A stretch of DNA of 64,000 bases from a virus. Its lineage: Duplodnaviria; Caudoviricetes. The notes beneath the pieces were generated by a model. It did no database searches. It was not told the origin of the DNA and worked only from the letters and a program-made list of their open reading frames with translations. Each line of letters starts with the position of its first letter. Positions within the stretch are counted from its first letter, which is position 1. Where the stretch lies: IMG/VR virus record IMGVR_UViG_3300003322_000628, positions 259 to 64,258 of that record; one strand, given 5' to 3'. Positions 56,938 through 64,000 of the stretch are shown here, in pieces. Both the position numbers and the translations under genes were made by a program.

Positions 56938-57378
56938 TTATCGGAGAGAATACTCCCCAGTGCGCAGTCTAAAGGCTAAGCGCGCAGCGCGTGCCTTAAC
57001 TTGCCGTGCATATTTACTGTTCATCAGGTGCTGGGCCGCACTATCCCAGTCTCCTGCGTCTGCTGCTGCTAGCGTCCCGTGAAACTCGGAGAGCTTTTCT
57101 GCTCCCATGTTAAACACTAGGTTGACAAATACGCCCTTGCGGGCATCTTCTAGCGCATCAAAAAACGGAACAACTTCCTTGGCACCTGTTACAGCTTCCT
57201 CAAAATCCTGATTGAATTCCTCGTCAGCCTGAGCCTGTGTCCAGCCCGTTGCGGGCTTCTCCTTCAGAAGGTGGCCATAGCCTATTGTCCAGTTGCCCCG
57301 CGTATCCTTATACGCTTCGAGCCGAAGCCCCTCGTCGAGCTTCAGCTCTTCTTTCTCTCGTTCTTCCCAAGCTGCCAT
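56938..57378 (-). CDS. endolysin, GH24 lysozyme
   Basis: DEGLRLEAYKDTRGNWTIGYGH; FNMG; SKYARQV..RA.RL. Confidence 0.92.
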   Translation of the reverse strand: MAAWEEREKEELKLDEGLRLEAYKDTRGNWTIGYGHLLKEKPATGWTQAQADEEFNQDFEEAVTGAKEVVPFFDALEDARKGVFVNLVFNMGAEKLSEFHGTLAAADAGDWDSAAQHLMNSKYARQVKARAARLAFRLRTGEYSLR

Positions 57379-57380
57379 AT

Positions 57381-57704
57381 TTAAGCCGCTGTGTCCATTA
57401 CCGCGCCAACTGCCTGAGCTGTTTCATCTTTCACTAGCCTAAATACACCCGGTGTCTTGAGCGTGTAGCTACGCTGTGTCTGATAGAGATAGGTGCCCGA
57501 CTTGTTTCTTCGGGTTACATCGCCATCGATAAATGGCTCCCATACCCCTTCGCCAATCTCAATCTCAATCTTGGCCTTCACCCTACCTACAGCAACCGCG
57601 TCCGTATCCGGAATGAGCGTAACCGTGACAGGCGTACTTGTAACTGTAATGTCGCTGCTGGTTCCCGCTGCCGTGCTAGGCGCCAGAATTACCGTTTGTG
57701 CCAT
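57381..57704 (-). CDS. putative virion structural protein
   Basis: beta-rich, PGVFRLVK; GGAGG RBS. Confidence 0.55.
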   Translation of the reverse strand: MAQTVILAPSTAAGTSSDITVTSTPVTVTLIPDTDAVAVGRVKAKIEIEIGEGVWEPFIDGDVTRRNKSGTYLYQTQRSYTLKTPGVFRLVKDETAQAVGAVMDTAA

Positions 57705-57885
57705 TGCCGCCTCCATATCTCTTGTTTACGTAATCTTGGAATACATTACCCCCTGTATAGAACATGAGGATAAGAGGCAACACCAAGCTCAAATCTGATA
57801 CATCAATCCCTCTAAACTTCAAGGCAAATACCCCTACGAGCATTGCCAGCGTAAAGAGAAACTTCGTGGAGATAAACCTCTCCAC
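57676..57885 (-). CDS. putative holin
   Basis: two TM helices; STKF...YTGGNV. Confidence 0.6.
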   Translation of the reverse strand: MERFISTKFLFTLAMLVGVFALKFRGIDVSDLSLVLPLILMFYTGGNVFQDYVNKRYGGGNGTNGNSGA

Positions 57886-57890
57886 GTTAT

Positions 57891-58031
57891 TTACGTGATA
57901 TGGAAGAAGCCCTTAATCTTGGCTAGGCCACTCTTAAAGACTGCTACGGGTGACATGTTAGCTGCCGAAATACCGGCGAGCAGGACAGCCATAAGAGCTG
58001 CCTCTAGAATTGAAATACCTGTGGCTAGCAT
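57891..58031 (-). CDS. small hydrophobic protein (46 aa)
   Basis: MLATGISILEAALMAVLLAG...; TAATG coupling. Confidence 0.45.
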   Translation of the reverse strand: MLATGISILEAALMAVLLAGISAANMSPVAVFKSGLAKIKGFFHIT

Positions 58032-58330
58032 TAGGCTGTTACTCCTGCAGCTGAAAGCGTGGATAGGATTGCATTTACCTTAGCTGCCAAATCTGCTAGG
58101 TTGTCGCGGATATTACCGTTAATGACCCCCTGCGCTGCAAGGTCTGCAGGCGTGGTGGCTGGGATAGCAACGAGCGTGTTATTAGCTGTACCACCCGTAT
58201 TGTCCGTTAGAGCCGTGATAGCTGGCTGTTCCCCAGTAATGCCTGTGGCTCTAAACTGGGCAACGAGAGCCTTCTTTTCTGCGATGTTAAAACTACCGCA
58301 CTTGGTGATGTTGTCGAATGTACCTGACAT
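58031..58330 (-). CDS. head fibre/decoration-like protein
   Basis: C-terminal LAAKVNAILSTLSAAGV trimer motif; AAGGA RBS. Confidence 0.65.
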   Translation of the reverse strand: MSGTFDNITKCGSFNIAEKKALVAQFRATGITGEQPAITALTDNTGGTANNTLVAIPATTPADLAAQGVINGNIRDNLADLAAKVNAILSTLSAAGVTA

Positions 58331-58762
58331 ATTGATTCCTTAGATTGTCAATGTCTTCGTCTGCTCCGAGATTACAGACCTGTTTCTTTTGGGCGTAGCT
58401 TGGGCTAATGACGCTCTAGCTAGCGCTGCTATACGCTAGAGCTAAAGCCACGTTCGTGTTTGCCTATTCTAGCCAAACCCTCACTAGAGCTGTGAGCCTA
58501 ATATATACATTAGCTCTTTAGCTTTGCGTTACACTGTCAGCCTATCACTAGGCTTTTGTCTCATCTACCCCTACCTACTATCAGGAAATGGCTTTTAGGA
58601 AAAACCACCACAAACCTCGCCACACTATCGCTAGCAAATTCATAGCTCAGTGGGTATTAGGCCGGACTTAACCGGGTTCCTGTTTTGCATGTATGGCCCC
58701 AGCTCTGAAAGGGCCGGTAGCGATAGACGTCTTTACAAGCTCACCCTCTGGGTGACATAACC

Positions 58763-58792
58763 TTAGACAATCGGGTGTATGCTAAAAGTTCC
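58763..58792 (-). promoter_or_regulatory. candidate late promoter GGAACTT...ATTGTCTAAG
   Basis: matches the 59450-59478 element; points at late genes. Confidence 0.5.
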
Positions 58793-58949
58793 CCAACTTG
58801 TCCCTGTAGGCCTTCAGTAGCTCGGCTCGCCAGTAGGCTAGCCTGTCCTTGAGGCTCATTTCCTTCAGAAAGGCTTCCCTGTCCTCAGGCTCCATTCTCT
58901 CTACCTTCTCCCTAAGATAGCGCATCCTATCGTATTTCTGTTCCCTCAC
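58782..58949 (-). CDS. small charged helical protein (55 aa)
   Basis: GTG start coupled to the stop of 58946..59413. Confidence 0.5.
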   Translation of the reverse strand: MREQKYDRMRYLREKVERMEPEDREAFLKEMSLKDRLAYWRAELLKAYRDKLGNF

Positions 58950-59413
58950 AGCTTCCTTCCATCTGCTACAACCCGTCCCTCATACATTATGACAATATTA
59001 TCTAGCTTCCAAGGCTGGTTGTCGTCTATTCTCCACATCCTCACTTGCTGGGGTCTCAGGGCAAAAGCTCTAATTTCCACCCCTCCGGGTAGGCTGATAT
59101 ACCCAGCTGCTCTCCATAGCCTTCTCCATTCATCTCTCGTTAAGTTCCATTCTACGGCTTTTGTGCCTCTGGCTGCCCTTCTCTTGGCCCTAGCCCTATA
59201 GGCATTAGCCATATGTGTATATGCCCCGTCAATCGTCCTCATCCAGCGTTTAGAGACCGCTGCATGCTTTACCCTATCCCTCCCTACCCTCTTCCTCGGA
59301 CGAGGCTCCTGCGGCTTCCTACGAAGCCTGACGGGCTTCTTAATTACATCCCCTCTGTCTTTTATTTGCTTAATAATTGTCTCAATGGTTTGAGACTCGC
59401 TATCAATTTCCAT
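58946..59413 (-). CDS. basic degenerate HNH-like DNA-binding protein
   Basis: AKRR...EWNLTRDEW..LW...M.RIDD..PW..DNI; no catalytic His visible. Confidence 0.6.
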   Translation of the reverse strand: MEIDSESQTIETIIKQIKDRGDVIKKPVRLRRKPQEPRPRKRVGRDRVKHAAVSKRWMRTIDGAYTHMANAYRARAKRRAARGTKAVEWNLTRDEWRRLWRAAGYISLPGGVEIRAFALRPQQVRMWRIDDNQPWKLDNIVIMYEGRVVADGRKL

Positions 59414-59449
59414 ACGGTTCCATGTAAAAAATACTTTACATCCACCTTC

Positions 59450-59478
59450 TTAGACAATTATTTTCTCTATTTGTTCCC
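59450..59478 (-). promoter_or_regulatory. candidate late promoter GGGAAC-N17-GTCTAA
   Basis: 37 nt upstream of the first late-arm gene. Confidence 0.5.
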
Positions 59479-59818
59479 CTTCTCTACGCTGTTTTTGCTA
59501 TTTAGCATATTTATTTTGAGCGCTATAAAGTGAGCCGGAGCCCCACAGGCCGGCCGAGCATGGGACCCAATTCCAAGCTGCTACTGCCGGGGGCCAGATC
59601 GCATGGCTGTTTTTTTCTTTGCGTTCCCGGCCTGAACAGCGACGTTCACAGGCGATAGCCGAGTTTGCTAGCTAGCATGTGGGCCAAGGGCGAGGAAGGG
59701 CGAGCCCAAGCGTATAGCACACAGACAACAGGGGCAGCATGTAGGGGAATAGAGGGGTCTAGGCTTATACAGGCTATCGGCTCCGCCTGTATTGCGTCCC
59801 TGAGAGGGTAGGAATGTC

Positions 59819-59857
59819 TTAACACAATTTTAACAATTGCTTAACACTTTCTTAACA
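59819..59857. repeat. TTAACA x4 direct repeats, exact 11-bp period
   Basis: 59819, 59830, 59841, 59852. Confidence 0.85.
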
Positions 59858-59929
59858 ACCGATGTGGTATGCTGTGGAGGCTGGGCGAAATGCCCGGTGT
59901 GCGGTTGTTCCTTTACAATGTAAAGATGC

Positions 59930-59943
59930 TTGCTAGGTAGCAA
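59930..59943. repeat. palindrome TTGCTA-GG-TAGCAA just upstream of the early -35
   Basis: 7 nt before TTGACA. Confidence 0.9.
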
Positions 59944-59950
59944 CCGGCGC

Positions 59951-59978
59951 TTGACATGGCTTTGGGTTGTGCTATTCT
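59951..59978 (+). promoter_or_regulatory. sigma70 early promoter
   Basis: TTGACA-N16-TATTCT with TGn extension. Confidence 0.7.
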
Positions 59979-60026
59979 ATCCTTGCGCTGTGGGCATTCC
60001 GTCTACAGGCACTAGAGGATATTGAC

Positions 60027-60770
60027 ATGGCGAACAAGTTTGCGGAAATGGCGCTGGCTATCTCGCGCCTCACGAAGAATGCCGACCTCAAGGCGGCGGT
60101 CGATCAGGCCATTACGGGCAGCGTGTCCACGCTGGCTCTCAAGAAAGAAACGGACAGCGAGGCCAAGAGCCTGTGGAGTGCGTGGAACAAGGCGGCCAAC
60201 ATCGCTGCTGCCGACGGCTTTACGGCGTCGGACATGTCCAACCTGCTCGATATGCGCATCGCCGAACTCACGGACGGCGACGAGGGCAAGGCCAAGGCTC
60301 TGGCCACGTACAAGAGTCGCACCAGCACCCTCGTGCCGATCCTCGCCCTGCCGGATGCCGACTATGCCCAGCTCTGGGCAGAGGCGCATATCATGCGCGG
60401 CGACGAGCCGGCGCCGGTGTCGCGTGAATTCAACACGCAGGACGCTACCAAGCTTATCCGGGCTGCCAAGGGTAAGGACAACGCGGAACAAGCCGCATTC
60501 GAGGCCGCCTTCAAGCGGCTGTCGAAACTCATCCGCGATCAGGCCAAGCCGGGCGATCTGGAAGGCCTCAAGGCCGAAGAAAAGGCCGAAGCCCGCAAGG
60601 CCGCGTTCCGGTCGGCTACGCTTCTGTGTGACGAGCTGTTCACCTACGCCATGAATGGCGAGGAAGCGCCGGGAGAGGGCGGCGGAGAGCTGGACGACGA
60701 CGCAATCCACGCGCTCGTGGAACAGCACGACGCGGACGAGGCCATCGACCAGCAGGCTGCGGCCCTGTAA
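60027..60770 (+). CDS. first early protein, helical with acidic tail
   Basis: GAGGA RBS, ATG 60027; high-GC3 codons; own promoter and terminator. Confidence 0.8.
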   Translation: MANKFAEMALAISRLTKNADLKAAVDQAITGSVSTLALKKETDSEAKSLWSAWNKAANIAAADGFTASDMSNLLDMRIAELTDGDEGKAKALATYKSRTSTLVPILALPDADYAQLWAEAHIMRGDEPAPVSREFNTQDATKLIRAAKGKDNAEQAAFEAAFKRLSKLIRDQAKPGDLEGLKAEEKAEARKAAFRSATLLCDELFTYAMNGEEAPGEGGGELDDDAIHALVEQHDADEAIDQQAAAL

Positions 60771-60794
60771 TCAGAGCTAGCAGGCATCTAGAAC

Positions 60795-60820
60795 AGGCCC
60801 CCTCTTGCGAGGGGGCCTTT
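60795..60820 (+). terminator. intrinsic terminator
   Basis: AGGCCCCCTC-TTGC-GAGGGGGCCT-TT. Confidence 0.65.
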
Positions 60821-60840
60821 AGGCTTAGGTAGGGGGCACG

Positions 60841-61077
60841 ATGAACATAGACACAAGCCGCCTGCGCGCTGATTGTGCCCACGGGCGAGCCGAGCGCTTA
60901 GGCAGGGAACAGGCCCTAAAGGATATTGACAAGCTTGGCTTTGGCATTGCCTACAATCAAAGCCAAGTGTTAGATGGCGGCATGCGATTTCTTGACCCCG
61001 CGGCGTATTTCATGGCGGGATACAGGCAGGCCGTGCTAGGGTATTGGCTGGCCGGGCTTGTCGAAACCAAACGCTAG
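60841..61077 (+). CDS. hypothetical early protein
   Basis: AGGGGG RBS. Confidence 0.55.
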   Translation: MNIDTSRLRADCAHGRAERLGREQALKDIDKLGFGIAYNQSQVLDGGMRFLDPAAYFMAGYRQAVLGYWLAGLVETKR

Positions 61078-61108
61078 CTTTTGCTAGTTAGCAAAGAGGA
61101 TTTCAGCC

Positions 61109-61315
61109 ATGAAGGCAGTAGTAGGGAGGGATATGTTCTGCTACATTTTTAGCAGCGATTTGGGCAATTTCGCCGTGCTAGCCAGCAACACCGTATCGGG
61201 AGCCACGCTGCACGAACTGGCCAGTGTCTGTTTTGATAGGGTTTTGGGTGCCGGCACTAACGACAAATTCCACGGCCCGACTATGGCGTTGCCTGTTATT
61301 GGGGAAGTCAAATGA
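61109..61315 (+). CDS. hypothetical early protein
   Basis: palindrome + GAGGA RBS. Confidence 0.55.
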   Translation: MKAVVGRDMFCYIFSSDLGNFAVLASNTVSGATLHELASVCFDRVLGAGTNDKFHGPTMALPVIGEVK

Positions 61316-61383
61316 TGGCCCGAGGGCAGCGCACTGCGCGCCAAAGCCGACCAGTATGTTGCTAACTAGCAAAGGGGGATAAC

Positions 61384-61596
61384 ATGCGTACTCAATACAC
61401 AGTGCCAGCGCTCGGCTACTCCTTTCGGCAAGAGGCAGTGTGCTACGCGCGATCCGGCTCTTGCGTTGTGAGAGTGTACGACACTGGCGGCAATGAAATT
61501 GTGCAGCTGGGAAAATTCTGTGACAGAGTTGTTGCTGCAAGGCTTAAAAAGCTTGAAGTAGCGTGCCGCAACGACTTTGCTATGGGAGCACGCTGA
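61384..61596 (+). CDS. hypothetical early protein
   Basis: palindrome + GGGGGA RBS. Confidence 0.55.
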   Translation: MRTQYTVPALGYSFRQEAVCYARSGSCVVRVYDTGGNEIVQLGKFCDRVVAARLKKLEVACRNDFAMGAR

Positions 61597-61899
61597 AATG
61601 AAACCGCTGCGCGTGCAAATACAGGTGCGCCAACCCACGCAAGAGGCGTGGGAGAGAGCAAAGCAAAGCTTTGCGATCAATTGGAACGACGAATTTGCGC
61701 GATCCACAGCGAATCAAAAGATTCGAGAGGCCTTGGAGAAAGGCTATCGCGTCGATCTAATTCCAATTTCCAAATGAGCCGGCCAAGGCTCACAAATTAG
61801 CTACGAACGGCAGGCTTAGGCTTGCCGTGTTTTTGCGTTTCTGAAGAACAACAAAAAGCGTTTGCTAACTAGCAAACGCCCATCCTCTAGGGGAATCAA

Positions 61900-62103
61900 A
61901 TGCAACGCGACGTGTCCTGCGGCAAGCTGCGGGAAGGGATTGCTACAACTGGCTCAGCGCCAATGGGCAACCCCGGAAAGCGTTTCCATCTGCTAGAGAA
62001 AGCAGAGCTATTCAAGCCGGGCAGAATAAGCCTGCGCAAAAAGCGTAAGCGAAGTGATCAAAAGGCCGGGAAGATATTTACATACTCTTTCCGGCCTGCA
62101 TAA
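61900..62103 (+). CDS. small basic early protein
   Basis: AGGGGA RBS; RKKRKR. Confidence 0.5.
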   Translation: MQRDVSCGKLREGIATTGSAPMGNPGKRFHLLEKAELFKPGRISLRKKRKRSDQKAGKIFTYSFRPA

Positions 62104-62109
62104 AGAACG

Positions 62110-62134
62110 AGCCCGCCTCTGTGCGGGCTTTTTG
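62110..62134 (+). terminator. intrinsic terminator
   Basis: AGCCCGC-CTCTGT-GCGGGCT-TTTTG. Confidence 0.7.
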
Positions 62135-62168
62135 TTGGCCTATCTTTGCTAACTAGCAAAGGAGACGT

Positions 62169-62438
62169 ATGTCAGCTCAGTGCGCAGAGTACAAAAACAA
62201 TGCCCGCACCTTGCGCCGAACGGCACAAAAACAAATTCAGCAGGCTCTGCTGGATGATCGTGACGAAACTCTAGCCATTTTGGAAGAGATGGCTAGAGCG
62301 GACGCCTTTTTGGATCAATTCGATGATAATTGGTTCGGCTATGATGCTCCAATGGAATATCCGGAAGAGTATCTGGAATACTACGATCCGTATGCTGATG
62401 AGCCTATGGATATGTATGAGTATGACCCTTGGTATTGA
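62169..62438 (+). CDS. acidic, Tyr-rich early protein
   Basis: palindrome + AAGGAG RBS; D/E/Y/P-rich C-terminal half. Confidence 0.7.
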   Translation: MSAQCAEYKNNARTLRRTAQKQIQQALLDDRDETLAILEEMARADAFLDQFDDNWFGYDAPMEYPEEYLEYYDPYADEPMDMYEYDPWY

Positions 62439-62849
62439 GGAAGAAGCATGAGCATCAAGAACAAGAAAACTGGTCCTACTCCGAACAAAGAGGAATGGCA
62501 GCATCTTGCGGACAAGCGCAGGCTTTCAGAAGCATGTGTTAGCTGCAGAATACTGCATAGATGCAGTATTCTGGATGCCATGTTTGCCGTCAAGCAATAC
62601 ATTCGCGTCATCAAATGAACTTCCACATCTTTCACAAATGGAGCGAGTGGTCAAGTGTACTGTGGTCAGCGAGATACGGCCAAGTGCAACGTCGGTACTG
62701 CTCTGTCTGCAATAAATGTCACGAGCGTCTAGTATGAAAATCCAAGAGGCTCTGGATATTCTTGACGAAGCTTGTAGCCAGCGAGTGCGTCGATTCGCCA
62801 ATCTGTATTTTGTCCTGCTCGCGTATCCTCCACAAAATAGGGAGGCTAT

Positions 62850-63032
62850 ATGTTTCCTCTTGTGCACCCTGAAGCACAACACAATGCCTCGCTAGCTGAG
62901 CGAGACAAGGCGCTGTTTAACATGTTCTTCGATGATTTGCACGATTATGAGGCTGCCTTTGGCGCCCTGCACGAATTGCACATCGCGAAGAAAAGATTTG
63001 ACACGGAAACCGTAGGGACTAGCCATGCCTGA
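62850..63032 (+). CDS. hypothetical early protein
   Basis: GGAGG RBS. Confidence 0.55.
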   Translation: MFPLVHPEAQHNASLAERDKALFNMFFDDLHDYEAAFGALHELHIAKKRFDTETVGTSHA

Positions 63033-63264
63033 TTTCATGCAGTATACGAACGAACCCACACTTGATTTTCACTCGCAGCATGTTCTAAGCGAGTACGGAC
63101 AGTTCTATTCCTGCACGGATGATTTCAAGTTCTTAGCTAAGCTGCGAGCTGGCAAAGCTAAGATAAAGGAAATTGATGCTTGGTTTGAGGCAAATGAAAA
63201 CCGTCAAGTTTCTTATTTGGCTCAGGGTATTTTAGCGTCTGTATACGGAATTGATCCTCCATAG
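63025..63264 (+). CDS. hypothetical early protein
   Basis: overlaps the upstream stop. Confidence 0.55.
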   Translation: MPDFMQYTNEPTLDFHSQHVLSEYGQFYSCTDDFKFLAKLRAGKAKIKEIDAWFEANENRQVSYLAQGILASVYGIDPP

Positions 63265-63664
63265 TTGCTAGTTAGCAAACGGAGAATGTAATGAAAGTGA
63301 GTGCTCGCATCCTGCTTTCGTTTTTCTCGGCGTATGCCTTTTGCCTCGACCTGATTGCATTGGGCATATTTCTTTTGGTGTTGATGCTCATTAACGAGGC
63401 CGACTATGGCTGATTTGTTTCTGCTGATTGCTGTTGTTGTAGGCGCCGGCGTGCTGCTTTCTGTGCTTGTCCATTGGTACGATGCAGAGCCGGAACAGAA
63501 AAGTACGGAAGAGGAGTGGTTTGTATGAGAGCTTTTTACGCTATGGCTTTCTATCTCATCTGTTTGGCTGTGTCTGTATATCACGTCTCCACCAATCCCG
63601 CTCTTGCTACATGGTGGCTGGTGTTGGGGTTTTCTTTCCGTGAAGAGTGGCTGAGGGACAGAAC

Positions 63665-64000
63665 ATGAACACGCGTGAGCGGGAAGTGATGGATGCGCTG
63701 GCGACGGCGTTGGCTGGCCTCAAGGACTATGCCGAAGTCGGCATAACGCGTGGTCCCGCCAGCATCGAATGGGCCACGTCGATGCATGCCGCAGATGAAG
63801 CCCTCGCCGCCTACGACGCCCTCCTCGCCGAAGGAAGCGCGAGTAGCGAAGGATCGGAGCGGCGGCCGATAGCGGATGAGGTGGTGCTGCCGGACCTGCC
63901 AACACCGGCTGTTTACGACCGCGGCAGATTCGGCGTGATGTTTAGCGCTGAGCAGATGCTGGCCTACGCCCGTGCCGCCCTCGAATCCGCCCTCCCGCAC
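63665..64000 (+). CDS. GC-rich early protein, truncated at the window end
   Basis: open frame from ATG 63665; LPDLP...FSAEQMLAYARAAL. Confidence 0.6.
   Translation, partial: MNTREREVMDALATALAGLKDYAEVGITRGPASIEWATSMHAADEALAAYDALLAEGSASSEGSERRPIADEVVLPDLPTPAVYDRGRFGVMFSAEQMLAYARAALESALPH

Larger units (their letters stand above)
61081..63278. repeat. five intergenic TTGCTA-NN-TAGCAA palindromes
   Basis: 61081, 61359, 61862, 62146, 63265; four are directly followed by a Shine-Dalgarno. Confidence 0.9.

Noticed and set aside
60012-60728. Long alternative-frame and antisense ORFs over the first early gene
   Set aside because: These are artefacts of high GC3; only the 60027 frame has an RBS and promoter.
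62135-62150. Palindrome as a sigma54 -12 element (TGGC...TTGCT)
   Set aside because: The GG-to-GC gap is 9 nt rather than 10, and other copies lack a -24 box.
61081-63278. Palindrome series as a CRISPR array
   Set aside because: Repeats are only 14-18 bp, spacing is irregular (hundreds of bp) and contains ORFs, and no cas genes are present.
1-64000. Stop-codon reassignment suggested by TAG richness
   Set aside because: Core genes are intact in the standard code, several end in TAG (858, 4384, 20779), and no suppressor tRNA was seen.

Overview
This window covers most of a lytic, podovirus-like dsDNA phage genome, apparently circularly permuted. Early, metabolic and replication genes are on the + strand (about 60.0 kb to the end, then 1 to 31.8 kb). 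Virion and lysis genes are on the - strand (31.8-59.4 kb). A divergent non-coding control region lies at 59.4-60.0 kb. Recognisable modules are a phiEco32/LUZ24-type peptide-ligase cluster, primase, helicase, family-A DNA polymerase, SSB, class II RNR, RNA ligase, exonucleases, HNH nucleases, four tRNAs, terminase, portal, N4-gp56-type capsid, short-tail and ejection proteins, and a collagen-like fibre. I saw no integrase, RNA polymerase or sigma factor. A secreted DxI(Y/F)ANGFE-motif protein and GC-rich early genes suggest a high-GC Xanthomonadales (Rhodanobacteraceae-like) host; this is inference. The most unusual signals are four. (1) A 14-bp palindrome TTGCTA-NN-TAGCAA occurs in at least 15 perfect and 5 one-mismatch copies, concentrated in the early region and often fused to ribosome-binding sites. 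(2) DNA polymerase, glutamine amidotransferase and a DnaQ-like exonuclease appear to need non-canonical ATC/ATT starts. (3) There are sigmaE-like TTGTCTAA promoter candidates and an 11-bp-period TTAACA x4 array. (4) Four CCG/NxxSGN GNAT-like paralogues flank the peptide-ligase cluster. All assignments are by eye from motifs; no database search or computation was run.
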